A stretch of 64,000 bases of DNA, taken from an uncultured Chloroflexia bacterium (lineage in GTDB: Bacteria > Chloroflexota > Limnocylindria > Limnocylindrales > CSP1-4). The notes below the pieces were generated by a model. The model saw only the letters and a list, made by a program, of their open reading frames with translations, was not told the DNA's origin and did no database searches. A program made the position numbers and the translations under genes. This document shows, in pieces, positions 41,729-52,682 of the stretch. The stretch is taken from contig CAVXPZ010000001.1 of assembly GCA_963763775.1 (NCBI GenBank), positions 128,001 through 192,000 on the forward strand, in the 5' to 3' direction. Numbering within the stretch: the first letter of the stretch is position 1; each line of letters opens with the position of its first letter.

Positions 41729-43447
41729 ATGGCAAAGGCACGACGCAGCGCGCAGTGGTACGGCGGTCAGGACCGCAACTCGTACATCCATCGGGCGTGG
41801 ATGCGTCGCGGCCTTCCGGCCGACGCGTTCGACGGCCGGCCGCACATCGCGATCGCGAACACGGCGTCGGACCTGAGTCCGTGCAACGCGCACCTCGACG
41901 AGGTGGCCGAGCACGTGAAGCTCGGGATCTGGGAGGCCGGCGGCGTCGCCCTCGACCTGCCGGTCATGTCGCTGGGCGAGACGCAGGTCCGGCCCACCGC
42001 GATGCTGTGGCGGAACCTCGCCGCGATGTCGATCGAGGAGATGCTCCGGGCGAACCCGATCGATGGGGTGGTCCTGCTCGGCGGCTGTGACAAGACGATC
42101 CCCGCACTCCTGATGGCCGCCGCCTCGGTCGACCTGCCCGCGTTGGTGATCCCCGGAGGGCCGATGCTGACCGGCACCTTCAAGGGGCAGGCGCTCGGGT
42201 GCGGGACCGACGTCTGGCGCCTGAGCGAGGAGGTCCGCGCGGGCACGCTGTCCGAGACGGCGTTCCTGGCCTCGGAGTCGTCGATGATCCGGAGCCGCGG
42301 CCACTGCAACACCATGGGCACGGCCTCGACGATGGCCTGCATGGCCGAGGCGCTCGGCATGACCGTGCCCGGGATCGCCGGGACGCCGGCCCCGGACAGC
42401 CGGCTCCTCCAGCATGCGCACGAGGCGGGTCGACTCGCGATCGAGCTCGTCGAGGCCGACCGACGACCCAGCACGATCCTGGGTCGCGGCTCGTTCCGGA
42501 ACGCGATCGTCGCGCTGGCGGCGATCGGCGGGTCGACCAACGCGGTCGTCCACCTGCTCGCGATCGCGGGCCGGCTCGGGGTCGAGCTCACGATCGACGA
42601 CTTCGACGCGATCGGCAGCGACGTGCCGTTGCTCGTCGACCTGGAACCGGCGGGGCGATGGCTGATGGAGGACTTCCATCGGGCGGGTGGGCTGCTCGCC
42701 GTGCTTCGCGAGGTCGAGGACCGGTTGGACCGCGACGCGCTCACCGTGACCGGCCGTCCGCTCGTCGAGTCGCTCGCCGACGCCCGGATCGAGGACGAGA
42801 CGGTGATCCGCCCCCGAACGGCCCCGCTCCAGGAGGCCGCCGGGATCGCCGTCCTGCGTGGGACCCTGGCGCCGGACGGAGCGGTGATCAAACCGTCCGC
42901 CGCGACGCCGTCGCTCCTCCAGCATCGGGGCAGGGCGCTCGTCTTCGACAGCATCGAGGACTTCAAGGCCAGGATCGACGACCCGGCGCTCGACGTCGAC
43001 GCCGACAGCGTCCTGGTCCTGCGCGGTTGCGGGCCGCGGGGCTACCCGGGGATGCCCGAGGTCGCGAACCTGCCGCTTCCCGCGAAGCTCCTGGCCCAGG
43101 GCGTCCGGGACATGGTGCGAGTCTGCGATGGCCGGATGAGCGGCACCGCGTACGGCACGGTCGTCCTCCATGTCGCGCCCGAGGCGGCCGCGGGCGGTCC
43201 GCTCGCGCGCGTCGAGACCGGCGACATCATCGTCCTCGACGTGCCGGCCCGGCGTCTGGAGGTCGACGTCGAGCCGGCGGTGCTCGCGGCACGAACGCCG
43301 TCGATGTCGACGGTCGGCGGGTTCGCGACGCCGGCCCGCGGCTGGGAGCGCCTCTACGTCGACCACGTCCTTGGCGCCGATCGCGGCGCGGACCTCGACT
43401 TCCTGGTCGGTGCGAGCGGCTCCGAGGTCTCGCGAGAGTCCCACTAG
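41729..43447 (+). CDS. IlvD/Edd-family sugar-acid dehydratase (L-arabinonate/xylonate type)
   Basis: SPCNAHL, GGCDKT, GHCNTMGTAS, DGRMSGT and C-terminal RESH. Confidence 0.9.
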   Translation: MAKARRSAQWYGGQDRNSYIHRAWMRRGLPADAFDGRPHIAIANTASDLSPCNAHLDEVAEHVKLGIWEAGGVALDLPVMSLGETQVRPTAMLWRNLAAMSIEEMLRANPIDGVVLLGGCDKTIPALLMAAASVDLPALVIPGGPMLTGTFKGQALGCGTDVWRLSEEVRAGTLSETAFLASESSMIRSRGHCNTMGTASTMACMAEALGMTVPGIAGTPAPDSRLLQHAHEAGRLAIELVEADRRPSTILGRGSFRNAIVALAAIGGSTNAVVHLLAIAGRLGVELTIDDFDAIGSDVPLLVDLEPAGRWLMEDFHRAGGLLAVLREVEDRLDRDALTVTGRPLVESLADARIEDETVIRPRTAPLQEAAGIAVLRGTLAPDGAVIKPSAATPSLLQHRGRALVFDSIEDFKARIDDPALDVDADSVLVLRGCGPRGYPGMPEVANLPLPAKLLAQGVRDMVRVCDGRMSGTAYGTVVLHVAPEAAAGGPLARVETGDIIVLDVPARRLEVDVEPAVLAARTPSMSTVGGFATPARGWERLYVDHVLGADRGADLDFLVGASGSEVSRESH

Positions 43448-43456
43448 GGGCACCCA

Positions 43457-43481
43457 CGCACCACTCGGCCGGGGTGGTGCG
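43457..43481 (+). terminator. GC-rich hairpin after the dehydratase gene
   Basis: CGCACCACTC/GGGTGGTGCG stem; no U tail. Confidence 0.35.
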
Positions 43482-43805
43482 GCCGAACCTTCACGGCGGG
43501 ACCCCTTTTGGCCGAGGCCTCTGTGCGGATGGACCAGTCCGCCGATCGTGTCAGAGCGGTGTGGAGCAGACCCCCGTGGTGCCCTGCCGCATCCCGATGG
43601 TCACGGGGTTCCGACAGGACCCGACCGACCGCTGTCGCCAGTACGGAAGAGGTGCGGCGGTGCACATAGGCCCCCGATGACCATGAGGTCGGTTCCGCCG
43701 AGGCCGATCGCGCGGGTATGAATGCGCTGTCTTCATCCCGCCCTGATCTCCAGGGCAACCGCCTCGACGGATCCCACCCGTGAGGCCTTACGAGCAACGA
43801 ACCGT

Positions 43806-45193
43806 ATGTCGAACTCGAGCCGCCGACGGGCCGCGAGTCGGTCGATCGCCGCTGTCTGGCTGTCCGCAGCCATGGTCATCGTCCCCGCCATCGGGCTGGC
43901 GACGGCCGCGCCGGTGGTCGCCCACGGTGCGACGGGCCCGGCGGCGCTCGACGTGGATCCCGAGGCCGCCTCCGGGCCGGCGGGGACCACCTTCACCCTG
44001 ACCGCCACCCTGTACGACGCGGACGGGGACGTCTACGCGGGCGCGGGTACCGATACGCACATCCGCTTCTACTTCGTCCCCGGCAGCCCGAATGACCCGC
44101 ACAGCGGGCTGAGCCCCGACCTCAGCTGCGATACCGGCACCGACGGCACCTGCCAGGTGAGCTACACCGCCGACGAGACCGGCACCGACTACATCTGCGG
44201 CCTCGGCACGCCGGACTGGTGGGAGTGCTTCGAGTCGGTCGGCGCGCCGGAGCGCGACGACCTTGCGGACCTGGTCAAGCGAACGGTCACGCTTGCCGAC
44301 CCCGATCCGACCCCGACCCCGACGCCCACGCCGACACCCGCCCCGACGCCCGACTCCGACCCCGACGCCCGACGCCCGACCCCGACGCCCACGCCGACCC
44401 CGACGCCCACACCGACGCCCACGCCGACCCCACGCCGACCCCGACCCCGACGCCCACGCCTGCCCCGACGCCAACACCGACACCGACACCTGCGCCCACG
44501 CCCACGCCTGCCCCGACGCCCACGCCCACGCCCACACCGACACCTGCGCCGACGCCGACCCCGACGCCCACGCCGACCCCGACGCCCACGCCCACACCGA
44601 CACCTGCGCCGACCCCGACGCCGACCCCGACGCCCACGCCGACACCAGCCCCCACGCCGAAGCCCACCCCGACACCGGCGCCCACACCGACGCCGGTCCC
44701 GACAGCGAACGCGACCCCGACCCCCGAGCCCATCCCGACCGCCACGCCGGCCACCACGCCGCCGCCGGTCTTGACAGTCGTCCCACCGGTCATCGCGGGC
44801 ACGATCGACCCGCCGACCGGGTCGTCGGGAGATGGAGGATCGACGGGCGGTAGCTCGGCCCCCGCAGGCTCGACGCGTGGCGTGACGCCCGACCCCGGCC
44901 CGCCGCCGGCCGTCGCGGTCAACCCGTCGCCCGCTGACGATCCGGCGGACTACGTCCGTACGGTCATCACCGACGTGGGCGGTCGTGTCGCCGACACCGT
45001 CGACATCGTCGTCAAGCCGCGGGCCGCGGCCGCCGTCGCGACGACGTTCACGTTCCCGCTCGCCCTGATGGTCCTCGTGGTCATCTTCCTGGTCGTCCAG
45101 CCGAGGGTCGACCGCATGGATCCGAAGTTGCGCGCTGCTCCGGAAAGCACGGCCGAGGCGATGCTCGGTTTCCTCGAGGAAGACGCGCTGTGA
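43806..45193 (+). CDS. Secreted Ig-like domain protein with Pro/Thr stalk and C-terminal TM anchor (frameshifts in the repeat)
   Basis: Signal peptide, Cys-containing beta domain, (PT)n and [26 protein letters not shown]. Confidence 0.8.
44302..44760 (+). repeat. Coding hexamer repeat (Pro-Thr)n
   Basis: Runs of CCGACC/CCCACG/CCGACA. Confidence 0.9.
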
Positions 45194-47766
45194 CCGCTGC
45201 CGCCACACCCCGACCGCACGCCGTGACGCCCGCGCTCGACGCCGACCAGGTCGTTCGAGCTCTGCGCCCGAGCTCGACGAGCAAGGCCGAGTTCTCGTCG
45301 CTCTCGGACCGGATGTCGTATCTGCTGGTCCTGCGCATCGCGATGGGCGTGATCATCGTGACATGGGGCGTCCTTCGGCCCGAGGCCCTCATCGTCCCGT
45401 ACAGCACGCTCGGGATCGTCACCGCGGCCTACCTCGGCGTCGCGGTCCTCGGCGAGGTCGTGCGTCGCCGCTCCGGCCGACTCGCGTACGCGACGATGAC
45501 GGCGCTCCTCCTGATCGACGGCCTCTACCTCGCGGCCGCCATGTATGCCACGGGCGGCGCGCAGAGCCCGATCCGCTTCATGCTGTACCTCCAGCTCGTG
45601 GCGGTCTCCCTGCTCGCGTCCTACCGCACGGGCCTGAAGATGGCCCTGTGGGACTCGCTCCTGCTCATCGTCCTGCTGTACGCGCAGGCGGCTCGCCTGA
45701 TGCCCGCTGTCGACGTGAAGCCGGGTGTCGCGATCGAGTTCGAGCAGATGCCGGTCCTGAACGTCACCGCGTTCTGGCTGTTCGCCATCGCCACGTCGTT
45801 CTTCTCCGCGCTCAACGAACGCGAACTCCGTCAGCGCCGTGCCGATCTCCAGGCCCTGGTCGAGGTCGGCGCGCGGCTCGATGCCGTCGCCGACGCCATC
45901 CAGCAGGCGGACATCGTCGTCAGCTCGCTCGTGAGCCGCTTCGGGTTCGAGCGGGTGGCGCTGCTCGGCGAGTCCGACGGGCGCGTCGTCGCCCTCGCGA
46001 CCCACGGCACGACCGAGGCCCCGACGACCCCGACCGACCCCGACTGGATCCTGCAGCGCGCGTGGGAGCGGCGGGAGACCCTGCCGGTCAAGCGTCTGGA
46101 CGTGGCGCGCGACCCGTTCCTTGTCGCCCTGATGCCCGACGCCCGAAACATCCTGGTCGCACCGATGATCGTGGAAGGCAAGACGGTCGGCGCCATCGTC
46201 GTCGAGCATCGCGCGCGCCGTCGGACCGGTGTCGAGCGTCGAGTCGCCGCCATGCTCGGCCAGTTCGCCTCGATCGCCGCCCTGAACCTGCGCAACGCCG
46301 TCCTGCTCCAGCACGTCCAGGATCTCGCCGAGCGCGACTCGCTCACGGGCGCCGCCAACCGGCGCATGTTCACGCTCGCCCTCGAACGGATCCTGCACAG
46401 CCACTCCTCGAAGCCACGCGCCGACAAGGTCACGGCCGTCCTGTTCCTCGATCTCGACGACTTCAAGGTCATCAACGACTCGCTCGGCCACGCGGCCGGC
46501 GACGAGCTCCTCGTGGCGGTGACGGAGCGCATCTCGAGCCTCGTGCGTGATGGGGACCTGGTCGCCCGGCTCGGGGGCGACGAGTTCGCCATCCTCACCG
46601 AGGACGAGCCGATGCTCAGCCGCGCTCGGTCGATGGCCGCCAGGCTCGTCTACGAGCTCCGCGCGCCGTATGTGCTCGGCGAGAAGCACGTGGTCGTGAC
46701 CGCCTCGGTCGGGATCGCCAGTGCCCGGGACGCCGTGACCGGTGCCGCCGACCTCGTCCGCAACGCCGACGTCGCGATGTACATGGCCAAGGCCAACGGG
46801 AAGTCCGGCTTCGCGATCTTCGATCCCGGCATGCACGAGGCGATGCGCGAACGCCATGAGCTGAGCGTCGACCTCCAGCGTGCCGTCGACCTCGACCAGC
46901 TCGTGCTGCTCTACCAGCCGATCATCGACCTCACGACGGGCGGGCTGGCCGGCGTGGAGGCGCTGGTCCGCTGGTCGCACCCGGGCCACGGGACGATCAT
47001 GCCCGACCAGTTCATCGAGATCGCCGAGGAGACCGGTGCCATCCTCCCGATCGGCCACTGGGTCCTGCGCGAGGCGTGCCGGGAAGCCGCCGCGTGGCTG
47101 GGGGACGGCCGGGTTCCCGCCGAGACCTTCGTGAGCGTGAACGTGTCGGCCCGGGAGATCCAGTCCCTCGGCTTCGTCGACGGCATCAAGGCCGTCCTTG
47201 CCGAGTCCGGCCTCGACCCGACGAGGCTCGTCCTCGAGATCACCGAGACCGCGCTCCTTAAGGCCAACCCGACCACCGTCGCGACACTCGAGGCCGTTCG
47301 AGCCCTTGGTGTTCGGACCGTCATCGACGACTTCGGGACCGGCTACTTCTCGCTCAGCCACCTGCGCCAGTTCCCGGTCGACGCGCTGAAGGTCGCCAAG
47401 GAGTTCGTCCAGGAGACCGACAGCACGTCGAAGTCCGCCGCCCTCGCCGGCGCCATCGTGGCGATGAGCCGCTCGCTCGGCATCGAGACCGTGGCCGAGG
47501 GCATCGAGACCCTCGAGCAGGCCGAGCGCATGCGACAGCTCGGCTGCCGGTTCGGCCAGGGCTACGTCTTCGCCCGGCCGATGCTCGAGGCGGACCTCCT
47601 CGGGACCTTCGGGAACCCCACGTCCATCGCCGAAGCGACGACCACTGCGGTCGTCGCTTCGGCGGCCACCTCCGCCCGCCCGTCGACGCGTGCGGTCGCC
47701 GCGAAGATCGTGTCGCCGGCGAAGGCGACCATCACCCGCCGACCAGTGCCGAGGACTGCCGCCTAG
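45190..47766 (+). CDS. Membrane GAF-GGDEF-EAL diguanylate cyclase/phosphodiesterase
   Basis: N-terminal TMs, GAF, DSLTG.ANR, RLGGDEF, YQP, EALVRW, DDFGTG and VAEGIE. Confidence 0.93.
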   Translation: MTAAATPRPHAVTPALDADQVVRALRPSSTSKAEFSSLSDRMSYLLVLRIAMGVIIVTWGVLRPEALIVPYSTLGIVTAAYLGVAVLGEVVRRRSGRLAYATMTALLLIDGLYLAAAMYATGGAQSPIRFMLYLQLVAVSLLASYRTGLKMALWDSLLLIVLLYAQAARLMPAVDVKPGVAIEFEQMPVLNVTAFWLFAIATSFFSALNERELRQRRADLQALVEVGARLDAVADAIQQADIVVSSLVSRFGFERVALLGESDGRVVALATHGTTEAPTTPTDPDWILQRAWERRETLPVKRLDVARDPFLVALMPDARNILVAPMIVEGKTVGAIVVEHRARRRTGVERRVAAMLGQFASIAALNLRNAVLLQHVQDLAERDSLTGAANRRMFTLALERILHSHSSKPRADKVTAVLFLDLDDFKVINDSLGHAAGDELLVAVTERISSLVRDGDLVARLGGDEFAILTEDEPMLSRARSMAARLVYELRAPYVLGEKHVVVTASVGIASARDAVTGAADLVRNADVAMYMAKANGKSGFAIFDPGMHEAMRERHELSVDLQRAVDLDQLVLLYQPIIDLTTGGLAGVEALVRWSHPGHGTIMPDQFIEIAEETGAILPIGHWVLREACREAAAWLGDGRVPAETFVSVNVSAREIQSLGFVDGIKAVLAESGLDPTRLVLEITETALLKANPTTVATLEAVRALGVRTVIDDFGTGYFSLSHLRQFPVDALKVAKEFVQETDSTSKSAALAGAIVAMSRSLGIETVAEGIETLEQAERMRQLGCRFGQGYVFARPMLEADLLGTFGNPTSIAEATTTAVVASAATSARPSTRAVAAKIVSPAKATITRRPVPRTAA

Positions 47767-48440
47767 CCTCGTGCCCGGGCGCGCTCCGGGCCGGCGTCCT
47801 CGTCCGTCTCGTTCCAGAGTTCGACGACGGGCGTCTCCTTGTCCCAGCCGAGGATGGAGCGGCTGGCCGTCCCAAGCGCGAACAGGCTTCCGGAACCGGC
47901 CGGCAAGCCGAGCCAGCGGGCCGCCAGGACGCGCAACAGATGGCCGTGGCCGAACAGGAGGACGTCGTCATCACCGTCCAGCGCGAGCGCTCGCGCGATG
48001 ACCCGGTCCACGCGGGCGCTGACCTGGGTCGCCGTCTCGCCCCCCGGCCACGGGCCGTGCCAGATCGACCAGCCCGGGTGCGCGGCTCGGATCTCGGAGG
48101 TGCGCAACCCCTCGAGCACGCCGTAGTCCCACTCGGTGAGGTCGGGGTCCACGACGGCCGTCGATCCGAACCCGGCGAGACGGGCCGTCTCGGTCGCCCG
48201 CGACAGGGGACTCGTCAGCACCAAGGAGAAGGCCTGGCCCCGGAGGCGGGCACCCAGGGACTCGGCCTGGGCGATGCCGACATCGGTGAGCGGCACATCG
48301 GTGTGGCTGGTGTGCCGGAGCTCGCGGGCCCACTCGGTCTCGCCATGCCGCACCAGCCACAGTCGACGCCGTTCGGACACCTCGGGCGGCTCCAGCGGTT
48401 CGGACATCTCGGGCGTCTTGCTGACGCCCTTCCCGGCCAT
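47763..48440 (-). CDS. Histidine phosphatase family protein
   Basis: RHGET, SPLSRA, EWDYG and GHG. Confidence 0.9.
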   Translation of the reverse strand: MAGKGVSKTPEMSEPLEPPEVSERRRLWLVRHGETEWARELRHTSHTDVPLTDVGIAQAESLGARLRGQAFSLVLTSPLSRATETARLAGFGSTAVVDPDLTEWDYGVLEGLRTSEIRAAHPGWSIWHGPWPGGETATQVSARVDRVIARALALDGDDDVLLFGHGHLLRVLAARWLGLPAGSGSLFALGTASRSILGWDKETPVVELWNETDEDAGPERARARG

Positions 48441-49027
48441 CAGCCGGGCGGCCGGGTCGTGTCGAGCGACACGTCGGGCCGCACGATGTCGCCGGGCTCG
48501 GCCTTGAAGTACTCGCGCGGCGTCCAGCCGAACAGCGCGGCCATCGCGTTGACCGGGAACTGCGAGATCTTGGTGTCGTACCGGTAGACCTGGTCGTTGT
48601 AGAGCTCGCGGCGGTCCGCGATCATCCCCTCGATCCGTTCGATCTCCTCCTGGAGGTCGGCGACGTTCTCGCCGGCCTTGATGTCCGGATACCGCTCGAC
48701 GACCGCGAAGAGCGACCGCACCGCGGCCGTCGTCGCTTCCGACGTGACCGCCTGATCGTGGATCGGCTGCGTGGGGGAGTAGGCCGCCCGAGCTCGGGTG
48801 ACCTCGGTGAGGACGTCCTGCTCGTACGCCATCAGGCCGCGGACGGCGGAGACGAGGGCCGGCAGCTGGTCATGCCGCTGCTTGAGGATGACGTCGATGT
48901 TCGCCCACGCCTTGTCGATCCGTCGCTGGAGGGCGATGACGGCGTTGTAGTTCGAGATCACGATGAATCCCGCGACCACGAGCACGAGCCCGACCGCGAA
49001 CGCGGCGGCATATCCCGAGGCGTTCAC
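48440..49027 (-). CDS. lemA: LemA family protein
   Basis: TM then YN, AWANIDV.LKQR.D, VERYPDIKA, YNDQV and FP. Confidence 0.92.
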   Translation of the reverse strand: MNASGYAAAFAVGLVLVVAGFIVISNYNAVIALQRRIDKAWANIDVILKQRHDQLPALVSAVRGLMAYEQDVLTEVTRARAAYSPTQPIHDQAVTSEATTAAVRSLFAVVERYPDIKAGENVADLQEEIERIEGMIADRRELYNDQVYRYDTKISQFPVNAMAALFGWTPREYFKAEPGDIVRPDVSLDTTRPPG

Positions 49028-50094
49028 GAACCCGACCCTCCACTGACGATGACGGCGAGGACCACGGCGGCGACGATCGAGACGACCGCGCCGAGGAGGC
49101 CGACCAGGAACCGCGACGACTGGCGGGCCGCGGCCTCGGCCGGCAGTCCGTAGGTGACGAGCAGCGGCGACTCCGAGGTCGAGGCTAGGACCAGCGTCTC
49201 CGGCGCGATCGTGAAGGTCCGCTCCACGCGCTGCGCCTCCGCCTCGGACGCGATGGGCATGGCGTGCGCGTCGGGGTCGAGGTCCGGCGGGCGGGTGGGC
49301 CGCCCGATCCCGAACCCCGGGATGGCCGCATTCCCCCACGCGTCCTCGGGGTCGTCGACGAGCGTCCCGGCGGCCCGAGCGTCGGCGATGTCGGCGGCGA
49401 CCTCCGGGTCGGCCCCGGAGACGGACGGATCGCCGCTGCCGATGTCGGCTTGCGCCGGGTCGCGGAGGTCACCGAACGGGAGCGCCTGGCCCAGGATGGT
49501 CACGGCATCCCCGATCTCCAGGCGGCGCTCCCGGTACTGGCGGGAGCCGCGGTCCGCGGCCATCGTCCACGGTCCGCCGGACGCGTCCGGGGTATGGACC
49601 CGGAGGAGGTCGGCGATCGCGGCGTCCCGGTCTGGCTGGGCCACCGCGAAGGCGCTCTCGGTCCGCCATCGCAACCCCATCGGCTCATCCCCGAGCGAGC
49701 CCGTCCGGTCCTCCCAACGGACCGGGGCATCGATCCGCGCCTCGCGCGGGAACACGCGGACCACACCCGAGGGATCGCGCACCTGGAACCCGACGGCGCG
49801 CTCCTCGACGAGGTCGTGCTGGGCCCCGACGCCGTCGCCTTCGGCGTCGACGCTCGATCGGTAGTACACGCATCGCTCGCTCTGGAGGAGCGAGACCAGG
49901 GCGAGCTCGGCCGGCTCGATGACCCCGCTGATTCGGACGTCGCCGGCCGCGAGCGCGCTGATCGTCGACGTGGCGGTGTCGCTGATCCGCCCAGCCATCC
50001 GATACCCGCCGAATCCGCGGGCGAGGAGCCACAGGCCACCGACAAGGCCGATGATCGCGATGGCGGCCACGACCGGCCCGTCGGATGGGTCCAC
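49024..50094 (-). CDS. GIDE/BAM-domain membrane protein (MAPL-like domain without RING)
   Basis: TM, I.DT.TS.I, V.ISG, CVYY, F.VRD.SG.VRV, Y.E..L..GD.V.ILG and terminal TM; coupled to lemA. Confidence 0.7.
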   Translation of the reverse strand: MDPSDGPVVAAIAIIGLVGGLWLLARGFGGYRMAGRISDTATSTISALAAGDVRISGVIEPAELALVSLLQSERCVYYRSSVDAEGDGVGAQHDLVEERAVGFQVRDPSGVVRVFPREARIDAPVRWEDRTGSLGDEPMGLRWRTESAFAVAQPDRDAAIADLLRVHTPDASGGPWTMAADRGSRQYRERRLEIGDAVTILGQALPFGDLRDPAQADIGSGDPSVSGADPEVAADIADARAAGTLVDDPEDAWGNAAIPGFGIGRPTRPPDLDPDAHAMPIASEAEAQRVERTFTIAPETLVLASTSESPLLVTYGLPAEAAARQSSRFLVGLLGAVVSIVAAVVLAVIVSGGSGS

Positions 50095-50118
50095 GGGCCC
50101 ATCGTACGGGACGCTGGG

Positions 50119-50388
50119 TCAGTCGTGACGAGGGCGAAACGCCAGGATCACGAGGACCACGCCGAGGATGACCGAGGCGATCGGCCAAGCCAGGGACGCG
50201 TCGAACGCCGGGAAGAGCTCGCGCAGCAGGAACAGGCCACCGAGCCCGACCAGGATGAGGCCGGCGATGATCGCGCCGCGGCGACCACCGTCACTCGGAC
50301 GGGCCGTCGGCGCGGGGGCAGCCTGGGGGACGACGGAACCGTCGGGGGCACGCCAGCCGCCCGGCGGGATCGGGGGTTCAGCCACCAC
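50119..50388 (-). CDS. Small two-TM protein (LiaI/DUF5668-like)
   Basis: G.ILVGLG.LFLL...WP....LG. Confidence 0.65.
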   Translation of the reverse strand: MVAEPPIPPGGWRAPDGSVVPQAAPAPTARPSDGGRRGAIIAGLILVGLGGLFLLRELFPAFDASLAWPIASVILGVVLVILAFRPRHD

Positions 50389-51373
50389 AGCCCTCCGCTG
50401 GATCGAGTTCGAACGACGCGAGATTGCCGGTCGTTCGGAGGTCGATGCGCACCGCCGCCGTGTCGTAGCCCGGCGTCGCCCAGGTCGACCCCTGCTGCAC
50501 CAGCCCGTGGCCGGCGTAGTCGTAGGAGCTCAGGACGCTGTCGTCGGTCTCCAGGCGGAGCGCCACGCCGGGTGGTGTGCAGAGCTTGACGGACCCCGCA
50601 TTGGCCTCGATGGAGCCGGTGGTCCCCGTCGCCGGAAGGGTCAGGCCGAGCGACCCCGCGTTGAGCTGGACGTCGACGTCCGTGACGGCGTGGGCCTGCC
50701 CGAGGTCCACCGACGAGCTGGCCGCATTGAGCTGCAGCCCGAGCGTGCCGATCCGCGCGCCGCGGAGGTCCATCCGCGACGTGCCGGCGTTGACCTGGGC
50801 ATCGAGGTCGATCTGCGGGGCGTTCGGGAGTGTCACGACCCAGTCCTCGCGGCCACCGCCCCAGTCGAACAGCCCCTGCACCGCATCCGAGGACTCGACG
50901 GACAGGCTCGAGCCGTCGGCGTCGATCCTGGGACCCGCGCCGGAACCGCCGTCGCCGGTCACCCGCCAGCCGGCGCCGTCGTCGCTCGCGACCGTCAGGT
51001 CGCCGCAGTCGAGGCGGATGTCGACGCTCGCGGTCGACGAGGTGAAGGTGCCGTCTCGGGCGGCGAACGGGGTGGCGTTCTCGAGCGGGCCGCAGACGTG
51101 GCCGGGAAACCCGCCGATCCCGGCGGCGCCGGTGCTCGCCGCCGCCCCGACCATGAGGCCGAAGGTCGCGGCCACGACGAGTCCGCCGATCGCGTCGAAC
51201 GAGGTCCGTCGGAGCAGGAGACCAAGGCCGATCCCGATCAGGATCAGCGGCCAGAAGCGCCACCAGTCCGCGACCTGCGCGGCGGTGAGGACACCCGCCT
51301 GGACCGCGAGCGGGACGGCCCCGAGCAGGATGAAGAAGACGCCCCAGCCAAGGAAGCCACGATGGATGTGCAT
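50378..51373 (-). CDS. LiaF/toast-rack-like membrane protein
   Basis: N-terminal WRFWPLILIGIG TM module and repeated NAG/xDLx beta-helix motifs. Confidence 0.7.
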   Translation of the reverse strand: MHIHRGFLGWGVFFILLGAVPLAVQAGVLTAAQVADWWRFWPLILIGIGLGLLLRRTSFDAIGGLVVAATFGLMVGAAASTGAAGIGGFPGHVCGPLENATPFAARDGTFTSSTASVDIRLDCGDLTVASDDGAGWRVTGDGGSGAGPRIDADGSSLSVESSDAVQGLFDWGGGREDWVVTLPNAPQIDLDAQVNAGTSRMDLRGARIGTLGLQLNAASSSVDLGQAHAVTDVDVQLNAGSLGLTLPATGTTGSIEANAGSVKLCTPPGVALRLETDDSVLSSYDYAGHGLVQQGSTWATPGYDTAAVRIDLRTTGNLASFELDPAEGCGG

Positions 51374-51507
51374 GGGGCTCATCGTGTCCGGCTGTGTGTC
51401 GCCGGGCAACGGCCGAATGTCATGAATCGGGCACGACATCGGTGTGCTAGCCTCGGCGCAGGACCGGACGTGGCAGCGGCATCGCCGGAGCAACGCGGGA
51501 GGGGCGG

Positions 51508-52035
51508 ATGCGCTTGAGGGAGTGGCGTGATGTCGCGCCGCGCAAGGACTCGATGGGTCCCAAGGTCGTCTCGGTCATCGATGAGGCCCTCGATCTCCTC
51601 GGTTCGGAGCCCAACCCCGACTGCTGGGTGGTCTGGGGCGACGATCCCGCCGTCCGGTATGTGCTGCTGGTGCCCATCGACGCGGGCCTGCTCACGGTGA
51701 ACGTGCGCGTCAACGTCCCAGGCGAGGGACCACGCGCCCAGGGAAAGCTGATCCGCTGGAACCGCGTCCAGACCGGCGAGCTGGCGGTGGAGATCCAGGG
51801 CGGGCATCGGTTGATCAATTTCCAGATCGAGAACAACGTCCTGCGCGGCAAGGACGACGAGGCGGGGGTCCTCTCGGACTTCGTCCTGGTCGTGTACGAC
51901 GCGATCGACGGCCGGTCCGCAGCCCCGAGGGTCGTCGCGATGGCACCGTCGGCGAAAGGGCCGATCGTGACGCCCGTGCGGACGTCGAAGGCGCCGGTCC
52001 CACAGCTCCCGGCGCCAGGGGAGACCGGCAGCTGA
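51508..52035 (+). CDS. Hypothetical protein
   Basis: GGGAGG RBS, coherent ORF, first gene of the operon. Confidence 0.65.
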   Translation: MRLREWRDVAPRKDSMGPKVVSVIDEALDLLGSEPNPDCWVVWGDDPAVRYVLLVPIDAGLLTVNVRVNVPGEGPRAQGKLIRWNRVQTGELAVEIQGGHRLINFQIENNVLRGKDDEAGVLSDFVLVVYDAIDGRSAAPRVVAMAPSAKGPIVTPVRTSKAPVPQLPAPGETGS

Positions 52036-52040
52036 TCGAC

Positions 52041-52682
52041 GTGGTCATCTTCGACCTCGATGGAGTGCTCGTGGACTCGGAGATCTGGTGGGATGAGGTC
52101 CGTCACACGTTCGCGGCCGAGCACGACCGGACCTGGACCGCGGCGGACCAGGCGGCCGTCATGGGCGCGAATTCGCGGGGCTGGTCGCGGATCATGCGCG
52201 AGCGGCTCGACCTGCCGATGCCCGATGTCGACATCGAACGGGCCATCGTCGAGGGCGTCGTCGCGCGCTACGAGCACGAGGGCGCGCCGCGCATCGAGGG
52301 GGCCGTGGAGGCGGTCCGCCGGATCGCCGCGGACCGGCCGGTGGCGATCGCGTCGTCGGCCCATCGCGCCGTCATCGACGCGACGCTCGCGGCGACCGGC
52401 CTGACCGACGTGTTCGAGGTCGTCGTCTCGTCCGACGATGTCGAGCATGGGAAGCCGGCGCCGGACGTCTATCTCGAGGTCGCCAGGCGGCTCGGCGTGG
52501 CCCCGGAACGGGCGCTGGTCGTCGAGGACTCGCGCAACGGCGTCCTGGCCGGGAAGGCCGCCGGGATGACGGTGGTGCTGGTCCCGAATGGGGCCGTGCC
52601 GCCGGCCGCTGGCGCGGCTCAGGCCGCGGACCTCGTCCTCGAGCGCCTCGCCGACCTCGATCCAGACGCATTCGGGCCGTGA
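52041..52682 (+). CDS. HAD family phosphatase
   Basis: FDLDGVLVDS, ASS, KPAPD and VEDS. Confidence 0.92.
   Translation: MVIFDLDGVLVDSEIWWDEVRHTFAAEHDRTWTAADQAAVMGANSRGWSRIMRERLDLPMPDVDIERAIVEGVVARYEHEGAPRIEGAVEAVRRIAADRPVAIASSAHRAVIDATLAATGLTDVFEVVVSSDDVEHGKPAPDVYLEVARRLGVAPERALVVEDSRNGVLAGKAAGMTVVLVPNGAVPPAAGAAQAADLVLERLADLDPDAFGP

Noticed and set aside
44302-44760. Repeat tract as a CRISPR array or non-coding VNTR
   Set aside because: It is a coding Pro-Thr hexamer repeat with no spacers and no cas genes.
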